Counted from the first letter of the stretch, positions 43,513 through 59,128 are shown. The stretch is DNA of 64,000 nt from Eledone cirrhosa (GCA_964016885.1 OZ024748.1:27962001-28026000); one strand, 5' to 3'. The notes: generated by a model from the letters alone, not told the origin. Numbers and translations are program-made.

Positions 43513-43605
43513 CCACGCCACGCCACGCCACGCCACGCCACGCCACGCCACGCCACGCCACGCCACGCCACGCCACGCCACGCCACGCCACGCCACGCCA
43601 CGCCA
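43513..43605. repeat. Perfect (CCACG)n pentanucleotide microsatellite
   Basis: About 18 uninterrupted units. Confidence 0.95.
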
Positions 43606-44167
43606 TAGCAGATCGTAGGAAACTATAAATCTCTTGGCAGCTAATTCAATTGGTAAGAAGGTATAGGCGAAAAAAAGCTGGCAGTATGGAAGTATGGAAG
43701 GCCAAAAGGGATAGGAAAATTAAGTTTAGGCGTTGTTTAGATAATGGGCGGTTGAGCGGAGTGTATGTTTGGAGAGCTTGAGAGATGGGGGAGGGGATAA
43801 TGATGAGGATGATGGTGATGATGATAATGATAGTGGTTGTGATGATGATGATGATGATGATGATGCTAATGAGGAGGAGGAGGAGGTGGAGGCAGGGAAA
43901 TTGGTGGTTCGTAATGATGATAATAATGAAGATGATAATAATAATAATAGTCATGATGGTGATGGTTATGATTGTTATGATGATGATGATGATAGGGATA
44001 TTGTTTTTTTATGATGATGATGATGATGATGATGAATGGTGGCGGGGTCGGAGAGATAAAGAAGGAAGAAATAGAGAAAGAAAAAAAAGGAGAATGAGAG
44101 ATAGATGACTAAATGATGTAAAGATTAAGATTAAGAATATTTAAATACTAATGGGAGGGGAGGGGTC

Positions 44168-44168
44168 A

Positions 44169-44232
<64 letters not shown>

Positions 44233-44233
44233 A
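44168..44233. repeat. (GAAA)n microsatellite
   Basis: Direct inspection. Confidence 0.95.
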
Positions 44234-44734
44234 TAAAAAAGAGGTAAAAAAAGGCATAATGAACGAATGTCAGAAAGGTTAAAGTCATGAATTCAATAAT
44301 GGGAAGAATGATGAAATAAATAGAGAAAGAGAGAGAAAGTGAATGAATGATGAAAGAACCCCGCCACTGAGAATTGAAAGAAAGAAAGAAAAAGGGAAAG
44401 AATGAATGAATGAGTGAAGGAAGGAGTTAATGAAAGAATAAAAGAGAGAAAGGAAACAAAATAGATTACAAAAAAGAAGAAAGGTGAAGAGGAAGAGGAA
44501 GAAAACAGAAAAAGGTGAAATAAAAAGGAAGAAAAATTAAATGAAACCTCAATGAAGAAAAATAGAGAATGAAAGAAAAAAGGAAAAAGGAAGAATGAGA
44601 AGAGAAAGGAAGAAGGGGTCAATAAATTTGAGAAAATGAATCAGAAAAAAAACAAGAATACATTTTTAAGAATATTCAATCCACATCTATTTCTCAATAG
44701 AATCGTTCAAATGTCATGTGATATTTAGTTACAT

Positions 44735-44825
44735 CCCTTTATGTTCTGAGTTGAAATACCGCTAGGGTTTGACTTTTCGTTCATCATGAGTCAGTCAGTA
44801 AAATAAAATACCCGTCGAATACTAT
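44735..44825 (+). mobile_element. Highly degraded fragment of the tRNA-derived SINE
   Basis: CCCTTTATGTTCTGAGTTGAAATACCGC...TAAAATAAAATACC resembles 33901-33980. Confidence 0.55.
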
Positions 44826-45265
44826 ATCAATTTCTTACCTATTTTTCTAAATCAATATTCGTGTTTGCTAATAGTTAGTTGATTAGGGAAATGTTTGTTA
44901 TTGATGCCACTAATCGCCGCCCAGTGCTGGGTGCTTCTTCCAGTTACTTCTGAGGATATTTTGAACAACGAATAAAATATTAAAAGTGCTTATCATATAA
45001 AGGTGCATGAGTAAAGAACACTGTCACAACGAATCCTTCTTTTTTTTTTCTTTTTTTTTTTTTTATTAATTTTTTCTCATCTAGAAATAACCTCTGTGAA
45101 TGCACTGAACGGTGAACACTAAAAATCTACCGAAGTGTTTTGGTCCGAACGTCGAAAAATAGATTATAATGAACGTTTATAACCGTCAAAGCGTTGTAAA
45201 AAGCAGCAAACACTAGATTCCTCCAAAGTGCTATAAAGAGCAACATGCGACATTACACACCATTA

Positions 45266-45425
45266 AATGGTTATAGATATACTCCGTTGAAGTGTTGTAA
45301 ATAGCAACGTCCTATCCAGAAGATGGTAGATAGCAACAAACAACAATGGTTATGGATATACTCCGTTGAAGTGTTGTAAATAGCAACGTCCTATCCAGAA
45401 GATGGTAGATAGCAACAAACAACAA
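45266..45425. repeat. 79-bp tandem duplication
   Basis: AATGGTTAT.GATATACTCCGTTGAAG... starts at 45266 and 45345. Confidence 0.9.
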
Positions 45426-45486
45426 AACACTCAGTCAAGTTATTATATATAGCAACAAACGACACAGCACTATCATGACGTTATTG

Positions 45487-45940
45487 ATAGCAACATACCA
45501 CACAACACTCAGTCAATATAGCAACATACCACACAACACTCAGTCAATATAGCAATATACGACACAACACTCAGTCAATATAGCAACATACGACACAACA
45601 CTCAGTCAATATAGCAACATACGACACAACACTCAGTCAATATAGCAACATACCACACAACACTCAGTCAATATAGCAATATACGACACAACACTCAGTC
45701 AATATAGCAACATACGACACAACACTCAGTCAATATAGCAGCATACGACACAACACTCAGTCAATATAGCAACATACGACACAACACTCAGTCAATATAG
45801 CAACATACGACACAACACTCAGTCAATATAGCAACATACGACACAACACTCAGTCAATATAGCAACATACGTTACAACACTCAGTCAATATAGCAACATA
45901 CGACACAACACTCAGTCAATATAGCAACATACGACAAAAC
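45487..45940. repeat. 31-bp minisatellite ATAGCAACATACGACACAACACTCAGTCAAT, about 14-15 copies
   Basis: CTCAGTCAAT recurs at 45601, 45632 and onward. Confidence 0.96.
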
Positions 45941-46477
45941 ACAGAGTCAAGATCATGTCACAATACTGTCAAAAAAGCAACACACGACAAAACACAGAGT
46001 CAAGATCATGTCACAACACTGTCAAAATAGCAACATACAGTACAACACACCGTCAACATAGAAACATGTCACAACACTTTGTCAAGATAGCAACATATGT
46101 CACCACACTCCGTTAACTACTAAATGTAGGTGGATTATTATTTGAATCCACGTTTATTCTGGCCATCACTGCAAGCGAACTTATTAACATCCAACAAACT
46201 CCCCTCGTTATGATTGAAAGCAGTAACAGTAGTTTTGTTTAATGAATGAAAGAATAAAAGAATCAAAGAATTAAAGTATGAAAAATACAACAAACAAAAT
46301 ATTTAAGTCTTTGTTCGATGTTGGATAATCGGAAGATCAATAACATGTCACGGGAAATATATATGGAGCTGACTACTGTAATGGCTATTCCACACCAATT
46401 TCAGTGGATTCGTATTTGACCTGTTCCGAGGAAGCTAATTACCCGCTGATGAAACTACTCTTAGCCGATTACGTAAT

Positions 46478-46664
46478 TGTTTCTATTTTAGGCACAAGGC
46501 CAGCAATTACCAAGTACATTACTGGTACTTTATTTTATCGACCCCGTAAGGATGAAAGGCAAAGTTAACCTCGGCGGGATTTGAACTCAGATCATAAAGG
46601 GACGTAACTCTATGCTTCAAAGCATGGTGTCCGACCCTCTACCGATACTGCCAATCCACCGCCC
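46478..46664 (-). mobile_element. Full-length tRNA-derived SINE flanked by an 18-bp target-site duplication
   Basis: Reverse-complement homologue of 33843-34030. CTTAGCCGATTACGTAAT occurs at 46460-46477 and 46664-46681. Confidence 0.93.
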
Positions 46665-46907
46665 TTAGCCGATTACGTAATGTTTAATAGCATTACCTAA
46701 TTTCTGTGCACGTCAGTCCAATATGGACTGTGGCCAGTAGATGGGATGGTAGAAGCTATTGCATTAGTCCGGAGCCAGAGAATCAAATTCTCTACCCACA
46801 TGAAATCGTTTCTCTCACTATATAGCGTATTGGTGAAGACCCGGCTTTCCGTTTTGGTTGGTGTCTTAATGATACTGGCTTAATCAAAGCATTGAGTGAG
46901 TGAGAAA

Positions 46908-46970
<63 letters not shown>

Positions 46971-46993
46971 CATGTGTGTCTGTGTGTGTGTAA

Positions 46994-47040
<47 letters not shown>

Positions 47041-47043
<3 letters not shown>

Positions 47044-47175
47044 CGAAGGAAATGTGGTAAGGAACCAGGTGGACCATAACGCACCAAAGTACTCAATACT
47101 TAGGGTAGTAGAGTGGGTAATAGGAACGAGTAGGACCCCGACGGCTGAGCTCAAGCCGTTTCGACGGCTAATTCT
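47041..47175 (-). mobile_element. Short dispersed repeat between (TA)n tracts, same family as 53672-53810 and 51345-51402
   Basis: Reverse-complement homology. The ORF track shows the same spurious peptides ([13 protein letters not shown]) at both sites. Confidence 0.85.
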
Positions 47176-47312
47176 ATATATATATACGTACATTGAAATA
47201 TTGAATGTCTGCATAACTAATACTTTGTAGATAGCAGCTGTTTTCAGATTATGTAACTGTTATAGAAACACGTGTCAATAAATTCCTTTCAACTAAACTG
47301 TATCCATTCAAA

Positions 47313-47374
<62 letters not shown>

Positions 47375-47600
47375 ACGTATGTCAAAAAATTCTATTTTGA
47401 TGAGTATAAGTCAGAAATAAGGAAGCCCCACTCATATAATCGTCTCCCTACCATAGTTTCATAAACAAAAGAAAACGTACCAGGCATTTCGAATCATTGG
47501 AAGAACTCGTTGTTTCCTTCAGGGGAGTATTCTATAGAAAATGAGGAGATATTGATCATATAGTATACATACCACGGTACTATATATATATATATATATA

Positions 47601-48295
47601 TATAAGTAGGTACACGTACATACACATATGTATACAGACGTACAGTAGTATGTATATATATATATACACATACATGCACACATATATATATGTACGTATG
47701 GATTCACCATACGTACATATATATATATGTGTGCATGTATGTATATATATATATACATACTACTGTACGTCTGTATACATATATGTATGCACGTATACAT
47801 ACTTATATTTAAGTAATAGCCGTACTAAGAGTGGGAAATGTAATTTCGTTTCATTTTTTCTGTTTATCGTTTTCGGTGCACCCGGCCGATTAACCCACTC
47901 GATATGCAAATTGGGCTGCTCAGCCGTTAATGTGCATAAGGTAAGTATATACGTTCAACAATCTGGCAGGAAGGTATACGTTGCTGACGATAGCTGGTGA
48001 ACTTGAAGCTAGTACAGCGTTCCTTTGTCAGTGTTGAACAAACGAGCAACGATGGTTGCTAGACACTACAGCTTAATACGGTATGTTTGTTTGCAAACAC
48101 ACCGAGCATTATAATAAATGTTCGGTGAATCCATACGTACATATATATATGTGTGCATATATGTGTATATATATATATATATACATACTACTGTACGTCT
48201 GTATACATATGTGTATGTACGTGTACATACTTATATTTAAGTAACAGCCGTACTAAGAGTGGGAAATGAAATATCGTTTCATTTTTTCCGTTTAT
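47601..48295 (+). mobile_element. Non-coding element with an inverted 5' copy and ~160-bp direct repeats (Penelope-like end architecture)
   Basis: Direct repeats 47707-47867 and 48131-48295. 47601-47708 is an inverted copy of 48124-48235 and folds back on the first repeat with a 5-nt loop. (TA)n lies on both sides. Confidence 0.7.
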
Positions 48296-48324
48296 ATATA
48301 TATGTGTATATGTATATATATATG

Positions 48325-48452
<128 letters not shown>

Positions 48453-48466
48453 TATATATATATATA

Positions 48467-48504
<38 letters not shown>

Positions 48505-48960
48505 TTGCTGCCTCTGCATATGTATACGTATGCCTTCTTCAAAGCTTCATATTTTATCTACATCTCGTCCGGTTCCTATATATACATATATATGTAGAAG
48601 CATAGGACGAGATGTAGATAACAAACGCAACTTTCAACATGACATACTCACGCGCACACATACTCAAACATGGTTAACACGCTCTCGTACAAACACATAC
48701 ACACACACACACACATACGTCAAGGTGCATGCACATACACATAAACGTAAAGGCTGCGAGAGGGATTATATATACATAGATCCAATGATCATATCCCGGC
48801 ATGCTGTGAGTACGGTCTCGTTGAGATAATGTCGCAGCAGAAATGGTGTTTAGACAAATATATAGATAGCAACAAAATGGTGGAAACGATGGGATAAAGG
48901 AATTACAAGAGGAAATATTTCAATAACAATCGCTTAACAAGTTGCCGAAAGATCCATGTG

Positions 48961-49014
<54 letters not shown>

Positions 49015-49073
49015 TTATATATGTATATATATATATATATATATATACATACACACACATATATATGTATATG

Positions 49074-49225
<152 letters not shown>

Positions 49226-49367
49226 TGTGCGTCTGTGTGAGACTGTGTATGTATGATTGGGTGGCTGAGGAAGAAGGAGACATTCAAATGAATATGTATT
49301 TGCACACGCCACATAAAAGTGTAAAAAGATCTGTTATGTATAAAATATACATACATTTATGCATTAT

Positions 49368-49461
<94 letters not shown>

Positions 49462-49667
49462 GTGTATTTGCGTGTGTGTGTATATATATATATATACACA
49501 CACATATACATACAAAATGTATACAGTAGACGTATTTATTATTTATGTAATTTATATAGGCGTATTCGTAATTATATATATATGTATATATATACACATA
49601 TATATATATGTATATATATATGTATGTATGTATGTATATATATATGTATATAAATATATACTTATAC

Positions 49668-49708
<41 letters not shown>

Positions 49709-51079
49709 CGCGCGCAAAAACGATATCTACGCATTTTTTACCAGTATATACATACACGCACACACATATATATATATATATACAGATAATATACATATAT
49801 ATATATATGTGCGTGTGTACATGTGTGTATGTGGTGTGTGTGTGTGTATACATATATTACTACATGGTGTAAATCCTACAGGATATACTATAGTAGGGTA
49901 ACACAATACATCCTGTATGTATCTGTATATTTGAGAGTGTATATACATGTGTTTATACATATGTATATGTGTGTGTGTGTGTGTGTTTGTGTGTGTGTGT
50001 TCGTGTGTGTTTGTGTGTATGTATATATATGTATATACATATGCACATATATATACATACGTATATAGGTGTTTGTATATTTACATATACATATGTAAAA
50101 TATACTAGGCCACCCATTGATGGGTAATTTTTAATAACGAAAATTTGAGGAGGAGGGGTGGGGGGTGAAGGCAAACTAACTCTATTTATATTCATTTGAT
50201 GCATAAGATAAATAAATAAATAAATTAATTAATAAATAAATTAATAAATAAATATTAATTATTTCATATAATATAATATAATGGTGTCTTGGCAATCATT
50301 GCTAAACATCCAAACAGTCCCAGTAACAGAAAAGTTGACAGGAAGAAAATGGCGGAAAAACGAGTATAAAAGAAGAAGAAGTGAACAAGGCCAAAAGTAA
50401 TGGCCGCCAACCGAGGGCCTTAGACAACGTTAATGGAATTATTACCAACTGTTAATTACTTGTATTTTAATGACAGTGTTCAGTAAATAGTGTCATTGCG
50501 AGATTGATGTCGGCTGCATCTTGACAGACACACGCAGACACACGTTTATATTTTATAACACACTACATACGTGTATGTTTCTATGTGCGTATATATACAT
50601 ACATATACATGCACACACACACGCACCCAGACACACACGCACACACACACACATATATATATATACAAATATATATATATATATACATACATTTGGTGTA
50701 TTGGGCATACATTCATTTGTGTGTCTACATACAATTTCTCTATGCGTGTATTTCAGTTGGTATGTATTGAATGTATGTATGCATCTATGATTATGTATGT
50801 ATGTATGTATGCATGTATGCATGTATGCATGTATGCATGTATGTATGTATGTATGTATGTATGTATGTATGTATGTATGTATAAGCATACATATATATAT
50901 GTGTGTGTGTGTGTTTTGATGCCTCTTGTTCTCTGGAGGTATGGTCAAATTTGGACCTTGAATCCTTGGGAATCACTTTTCTTCCGTGTATGAAAATAAA
51001 TAATAAATAATATAATATTTCTGCTCTCTTCCCGATTGAGCATCGTTTTCCAATTTCCGTTTCACATCTACGGATATTG

Positions 51080-51173
<94 letters not shown>

Positions 51174-51399
51174 GAGATAAGTTATCGTTATAGGTAATCC
51201 AGTTATAGGTTGTGAGTACTCTGTATTATGGATAGTTTAATGAAACAATGATCAATGAAACAATTGTTAATACTTGAAATAAAACCCCTTGTTGTACAGC
51301 CGACCATGTTATTCTTCAATCTTTCACTATATATATATATATGTCCAGAAATAGCCGTCGAAACGGCTTGAGCTCTGCCGTCGGGGTCATACTTTTTCC

Positions 51400-51432
<33 letters not shown>

Positions 51433-51561
51433 TTGCGAGGTTTTTGCGAGGCATTAGCTTGTGCAACGCTGAAAGGTTATTGAAAGACACTGTTTTCTGA
51501 AATATTATTACACAAATATGACCCTCCCCAAGTATAACAATATATATATATATATATATAT

Positions 51562-53583
51562 TCATTATTTTTCATTTTTTTGCGAGATTTCTTATCTGAA
51601 AACGTGTGTTGAAACAGATATTGTTATACTTTGGGAGGGTCATGCTGCCAATAAAATCACATGCACCTGTTGGTTTTCACTTCAATCTACTATAAGTTTC
51701 CACATCGCGGGAGCGATGTGGAATTCCATAGGATTAATACCAGTGAGCTGGGACTCCTACTTAAACTCACATGCAATAAGGAATACCTAGACATACATAA
51801 CTTCAGCAGCCTCTGCCCCACAAGGCCAGAAAGAGGCAGACCACACACCATTACCTCAATGTCCAAGAAGACCCACACAGAAAGAGGAAGCGGGTGGACC
51901 AGAGCCATACGGACCCCGAAAACCAGGATGTATTAAAGACAACGGTCACACAGTATAAAACCAGTATAAAAGCCAGTATAAAAGCCAGTATAAAACCAAC
52001 CCTTAAGGAACATATATTCAAATTTAATGGCAAAACATATGCCTAAGAGGAGGGGGCATCCATTGGCGTTAGCATTGCAGGTGACATAGCTAACTTCTTT
52101 ATGGTATGTTGGGACAGAAGACTTAAGGAACAATTAGACGACAATTGTATAACCCTGACTATGTACTCTCACTATGTAGAGAACATAAATATCGTAGTAA
52201 AAACACCCCACGGGAGAAGAGTCAGGAATTAGAGAAGAACGCTATGGAAAGCATTCAGCAAATAGCCAACTCCATCCACCACAGTATTAAAGTTACTATA
52301 GACTCCCCAACTAAACACCCCAACCATAGATTACCTGTACTAGACACAGAACTCTGGTTGGAAACTATTAGTAATAAAACGCAAATCCTCCATTTGCATT
52401 ATGCCAAACCCATCACCTCCAAATACCTGATCCACCGAAACTCAGCTATTTCGGATAACATAAAAATCAATATACTGATTGCGGACTTAGTAAGAGTGCA
52501 ACCCTAAAGAAGTAGAGAGACACATACAGCACTTCATCCACCGCATCCAGTTCTCTGGCTACAATCAGAGAGACAAGATGAGGGTATATAAAGGAACCAG
52601 AACCAAATGGGCAAAGATTGTAGAAAATGATACAAATGGGACTTACCCCATGTATAGGAGCAAATTTTGGAACAGAATAGAAAGGATTAGGAATAAGGCA
52701 AATAAAATCAACTCATGGTATGATAGCAATAAATACCAGAGTGTAATGTTTGTAAATACAACCTCTAGAGGCGAACTAGCTTACAGATTTAGAAGGGTCC
52801 TAGACAAGCTCAAATTAAATATGAAGATAGTTGAAAGACGAGGTATTCCCATAAAAACCCTAATTAGTAAAACATACCCATTTCAAAGATCCCCCTGTGC
52901 TGATAGGAAATGCATAGTCTGCAAGCTAAGCTCGCAAGATAAATGCAAAACCAGGAACGTCGTATATAGCATAAGATGCACTGAGGGACAGTGTAGGAAT
53001 AAGAACATAACATACATAGGTGGAACAGCCCGTAGCATAGGAGAAAGGATAAGTGAACACTGGCAAGAGCTCCAAGATGAGAAAAACTCACCAGTACTCC
53101 ACCAACATGCCAAAATAGAACATATGGGCACAGTAGAGAACATAGAGATAAAAATTATATCCACACACAGAAAAGATGAAAAGCTCAGACAAATCGCAGA
53201 GGCAACAAACATAAACGAACTCCGAGCAAAATTAAACAGAAAACATGAGTGGAATAGTAACATCACAACTAGTAATTTAGGACAAAATGAAAACATCCAG
53301 ACACGCACAAAAACCAAACTAATAAAATAAATCAGACACACACAGATAGAACAAACAACCAACTAGTGACAAGTAAATAAATACATAAATGAATCAAAAC
53401 ACACACGCACATCCGTATGTAACGCATGCGCAAACTAAGCACACAAAACACAGCACACAAAAACAACCTTCCGGTTATCAAACCAACCAGCCAGCCAACC
53501 GGAAACATAATGAATTGAAGTGAAAACCAACAGGTGCATGTGTTTTTATCGGCAACATGACCCTCCCAAAGTATAACAATATA
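51562..53583 (+). mobile_element. 5'-truncated, decayed Penelope-like retroelement (RT + C-terminal GIY-YIG endonuclease) with an inverted pLTR at its 5' end
   Basis: RT pieces FKFNGKTYA*EEGASIGVSIAGDIANFFMVCWD; YVEN in place of YVDD (52173-52184); thumb HPNHRLPVLDTELW. ~51619-51700 is an inverted copy of ~53501-53583. Confidence 0.93.
52578..53330 (+). pseudogene. Penelope-like element ORF remnant: linker, Cys motif and GIY-YIG endonuclease
   Basis: PCADRKCIVC...CKTRNVVYSIRC...YIGGTARSIGERISEH...RQIAEA...LNRKHEW. The upstream RT is broken by stops and frameshifts. Confidence 0.9.
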
Positions 53584-53606
53584 TATAATCATAGATATAT
53601 ATATAT

Positions 53607-53914
<308 letters not shown>

Positions 53915-53929
53915 GATTACACGAGATTA

Positions 53930-54057
53930 CACACACTTTCCGTCTGGCAAATCTCACTCACAAACCATTGGTCACATGTCTATATGTATTACGTAGTGTG
54001 GGTGAACCCGAAAGCAGGTGCATGCGAAAAGAACTCCTTAACCACACAGCCACGCCA
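53930..54057 (-). mobile_element. Degraded copy of a second tRNA-derived SINE family
   Basis: Minus strand starts GGCGTGGCTGTGTGGTTAAG (box A-like), then GGGTTCA (box B-like) and GTGAGTGAGATTTGCCAGACGGAAA. Confidence 0.65.
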
Positions 54058-54163
54058 TTGTGTGTGACTGGCTGAGACAATCTTTGGAAGTCTGTGTATG
54101 ACAATGTTTCTTTTCCTCTGAGCGTGCGGGCACTTTTTTGTGTGAGAAAGAGGTATATGTATA

Positions 54164-54232
<69 letters not shown>

Positions 54233-54295
54233 TCATATAATATATATATATATATATATATATACCTAGGGAGTGTAACTTGGAGTTACTCCTTT

Positions 54296-54333
<38 letters not shown>

Positions 54334-54704
54334 ACACATACACATACATATGTATACACAATATATATATATATATATGTATACACACACACACACACAT
54401 ATATGTGTGTATATATATATATAAATATATACTATTTAGTGTGTGTATGCATTTGAAAATAGGAGTATGTGTAAAAGTATGTGCCCGTGCGTGTATGTCT
54501 GTGTGTTTGTTTATCGGTATGAGAATGTCTCTGTGCAAGTGTGTGTGTGTGTGTGTGTGTGCACGTGTGTGTGTGTGTGCACGTGTGTTGCTGTTGTTTA
54601 GTCGGCCGCCATGTTGTTGTATAGCAGATAATCGCCATATTATATGACAGAAATATTCATTGGACCCTGGGGATATGAAACATGAAAAAGGTATGTTTTA
54701 TCTC

Positions 54705-56258
54705 AGCTACCACTGTCACTACCATTACTACTACTACTACTACTACTACTACTGCTGCTACTGCTACTACTGCTGCTGCTGCTGCTGCTGCTCCTAGTAG
54801 TAGTACAAATATCACTGCTATCACAACTACAAATATTATTACCATCATCATCACTACAAACATTGCTATCACCACCATCACCACCATCACCACCATCACC
54901 ACCATCACCACCATCACCACCATCACCACCATCACTACCATCACTACCATCACCACCATCACCACCATCATCACCATCACTACCATCACCACCATCACCA
55001 CCATCACTACCATCACCACCATCACCACCATCACTACCATCACCACCATCACCACCATCACCACCATCACTACCATCACCACCATCACCACCATCACCAC
55101 CATCACTACCATCACCACCATCACTACCATCACCACCATCACCACCATCACCACCATCATCACCATCACCACCATCACTACCATTACCACCATCACCACC
55201 ATCACCACCATCACCACCATCATCACCATCACCACCATCACTACCATCACCACCATCACCACCATCACTACCATCACCACCATCACCACCATCACTACCA
55301 TCACTACCATCACCACCATCACCACCATCACCACCATCACTACCATCACTACCATCACTACTACCACCAACATCACACCTATCATTACCACTACCACTAC
55401 TACTGATACTATCACCACCACCACTAATAATATCTACTAACACCACTAATGCCACCACTGTCATCACAGTCATTACTACCACCGCCACTACTACCATCAA
55501 GGCCACCACCACCACCTCCACCTACAACTATAACATCATCATCTCCACCATCACAACTGACTCTACTACAACCGCCACCACTACCACCACCACCACCACC
55601 ATGACCACCACCACCACCATCATTATCTCCACCATCACAACTGACTCTACTACAACCACCACCACCACCACCATCACCACCGCCACCATGAACACCACCA
55701 CCACCACCACCATCATCATCTCCACCACCACGACCATCACCTCCACCAGCACCAGCACCAGCACCACCACTACCACCTCCATCACCACCTCCATCACCAC
55801 CATATCACCCCTACCTCCACCAACACCACCACCACTTACACCACCACCTCCACCAGTACCACCACCATGACCACCATGAAAACCACCACCACTACCACCA
55901 CCACCATGACCACCATGTACCACCATGTACCACCACCACCACCACAACGACCACTATGACCACCACCATGACCACCACCACCACCACCACTACCATCACC
56001 ACCATGACCACCGTGACCACCACCACCACTACCATCACCACCATGACCACCGTGACCACCACCACCACCACCACCACCACCACCATGACCACCACCACCA
56101 CCACCACCATGACCACCACCACCACCATGACCACCACCACCACCACCATGACCACCACCACCACCACCACCACCACCACCACCACCACCACCACCACCAC
56201 CACTGCCAACACCGCCACCACCACCACCACCACCACCACCACCACCACCACCACCACT
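54705..56258. repeat. (ACT)n/(GCT)n, (CACCATCAC)n 9-mer array (~54870-55360) and (CAC)n tracts
   Basis: Direct inspection. Confidence 0.93.
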
Positions 56259-56299
56259 GATGTTCTCTCCTGTTGTAGATCAGAATAAAGATAAACAGA

Positions 56300-57418
56300 T
56301 CCATATACATAGACACATACATACCTACATATACACATATACATACATACATACACATATACATACATACATACATACATACATACATACATACATACAT
56401 ACATACATACATACGCACGCTTATACACAAATAGTCACACATACACATATACAGACATACAGACATACACACATACACACATACACACATACATACATAC
56501 ACACATACACACATACACGTCTATAGAGGACATGTATATAAATACCCACACGTTTACACACTGAGACACGCATAGCTATACACTGACACTCACACTGACA
56601 CATGAACACACAGACGTCTACACACACGTACACACAAATGCACTCGCAGATGTATACATGTGAAAACACGCACACACACATATATACACACATGAACACA
56701 CACAAATACACATACATATACATACTTATGTACATCCATATGTACATACATATGCACATATATATACATACATATGTACATACATGTACACACATATGCA
56801 CATACATATATACATACATATGCACATATATATACATACATATGTACATACTTATGTCCATACATATGTACATACATATGTACATACATTTGTAGATACA
56901 TATACATACTTATGTCCATACATATGTACATATGTACATACATATACATACATATGTACATACATATGTACATACATATGCACATACTTATGTACACACA
57001 TATGTACATACATATGCACATACATATACATACTTATGTGCATACATATGCACATACATATACATACATATGTACATACATATGTACATACATATGCACA
57101 TACATATACATATATATGTACATACATGTACACACAAATGCACACTCACATGTACACACATATACACACACATGTACACACATACACACACATGTACACA
57201 CACATACATACACGTGTACAGACACACACACACATACACATGTAACCACACACGTACACAGACATCTAATAGCAATGAATAACAATGACCCTTCCTTTTT
57301 GTAGAAGAGATAAATGCATTTGGTAAAAAATATATAAATGGAGAACTCCCCGACACATTCATATATATGCATATATATACATATATACACATACACATAT
57401 ATATACGAGTATATATAT

Positions 57419-57470
<52 letters not shown>

Positions 57471-57480
57471 AAAATTTTCG

Positions 57481-57524
<44 letters not shown>

Positions 57525-57645
57525 TAAACATATATATAATAAAATGTTTCGATTATATATATAAATATATATATACATACATACATACATCTGCACATAC
57601 ATTTATGTATTTATGTACACACATACATATCCATATGTGTATATG

Positions 57646-57721
<76 letters not shown>

Positions 57722-58024
57722 CGCGCACACATACACACATAGGGACGTAATCACATACAGCTGCACGTATCGACGTGTACACACAATCCCTTAATCCCTA
57801 CCCCCCTTTAACATACCTTCCCGTTGTTGTGTGACCGCCAACCGCCATTACCACATCAGCTTTGTTGTTCTTGTTGTTTGGTATACATGAAACGGAAGCA
57901 GTGGGAGAACGAGCCAAAAGAACAACAACAATAAAAACAAATAAAAACATGTACATACATATATCACATGCATGTATGTATACATATTTGCATTCAGCCA
58001 TATAAACACCACTCCATATAATTG

Positions 58025-58091
<67 letters not shown>

Positions 58092-58169
58092 GCGCGCGCA
58101 TATACACACACACAAATACATCTATATATATACATGTGTGGATATATATATCTATATCTATATTTATTT

Positions 58170-58263
<94 letters not shown>

Positions 58264-58354
58264 GTGTATGTGTGTGTGTATGCATTAGTATGTGTATCAA
58301 TTATCATACACACGCATATATATATATATATATTTATGTATGTATATATATATG

Positions 58355-58407
<53 letters not shown>

Positions 58408-58601
58408 GTATATATATATATATTTATGTATATATATATATATTTATGTATATATATATATATATATACATATATTTATGTATATATATATATATATATA
58501 ACATAAACCCAAATATATACATCTAAACATGTAAATATAAATATATCTAACGTTTTCATATGCATGGTTACATATATCTATCTGAAACATCTATCTATCT
58601 A

Positions 58602-58661
<60 letters not shown>

Positions 58662-58719
58662 TATATATATATATATATATATATAGATATACACATTGTA
58701 TATATATATATACACATTG

Positions 58720-58758
<39 letters not shown>

Positions 58759-58992
58759 ACATTGTATATATATATATATATAAATATATATACATGCATA
58801 TGTATATATTTATGTAGAAATATACGTTGTACGTGCACTTGTATACAAATATGACAGATTAAATCCCTCACAAATTGCCAGAACAACAAAGAAAGGTAAC
58901 AAAAAATAAACGTACTACACAAACATTGTAAAGTAAAGTGTAATGTGGAGATAGAAACAAACACACACACCCATATATATATATATGTATAA

Positions 58993-59044
<52 letters not shown>

Positions 59045-59052
59045 AAATATAC

Positions 59053-59128
<76 letters not shown>

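Noticed and set aside
45487-45940. 31-bp repeat as a CRISPR array
   Set aside because: Units are contiguous with no spacers.
51591-51621. CTGAAAA...GAAACAGATA in the PLE pLTR as a hammerhead
   Set aside because: G8 is absent, there is no stem I, and it is antisense to the ORF. Better explained as a simple TATCTG/CAGATA hairpin.
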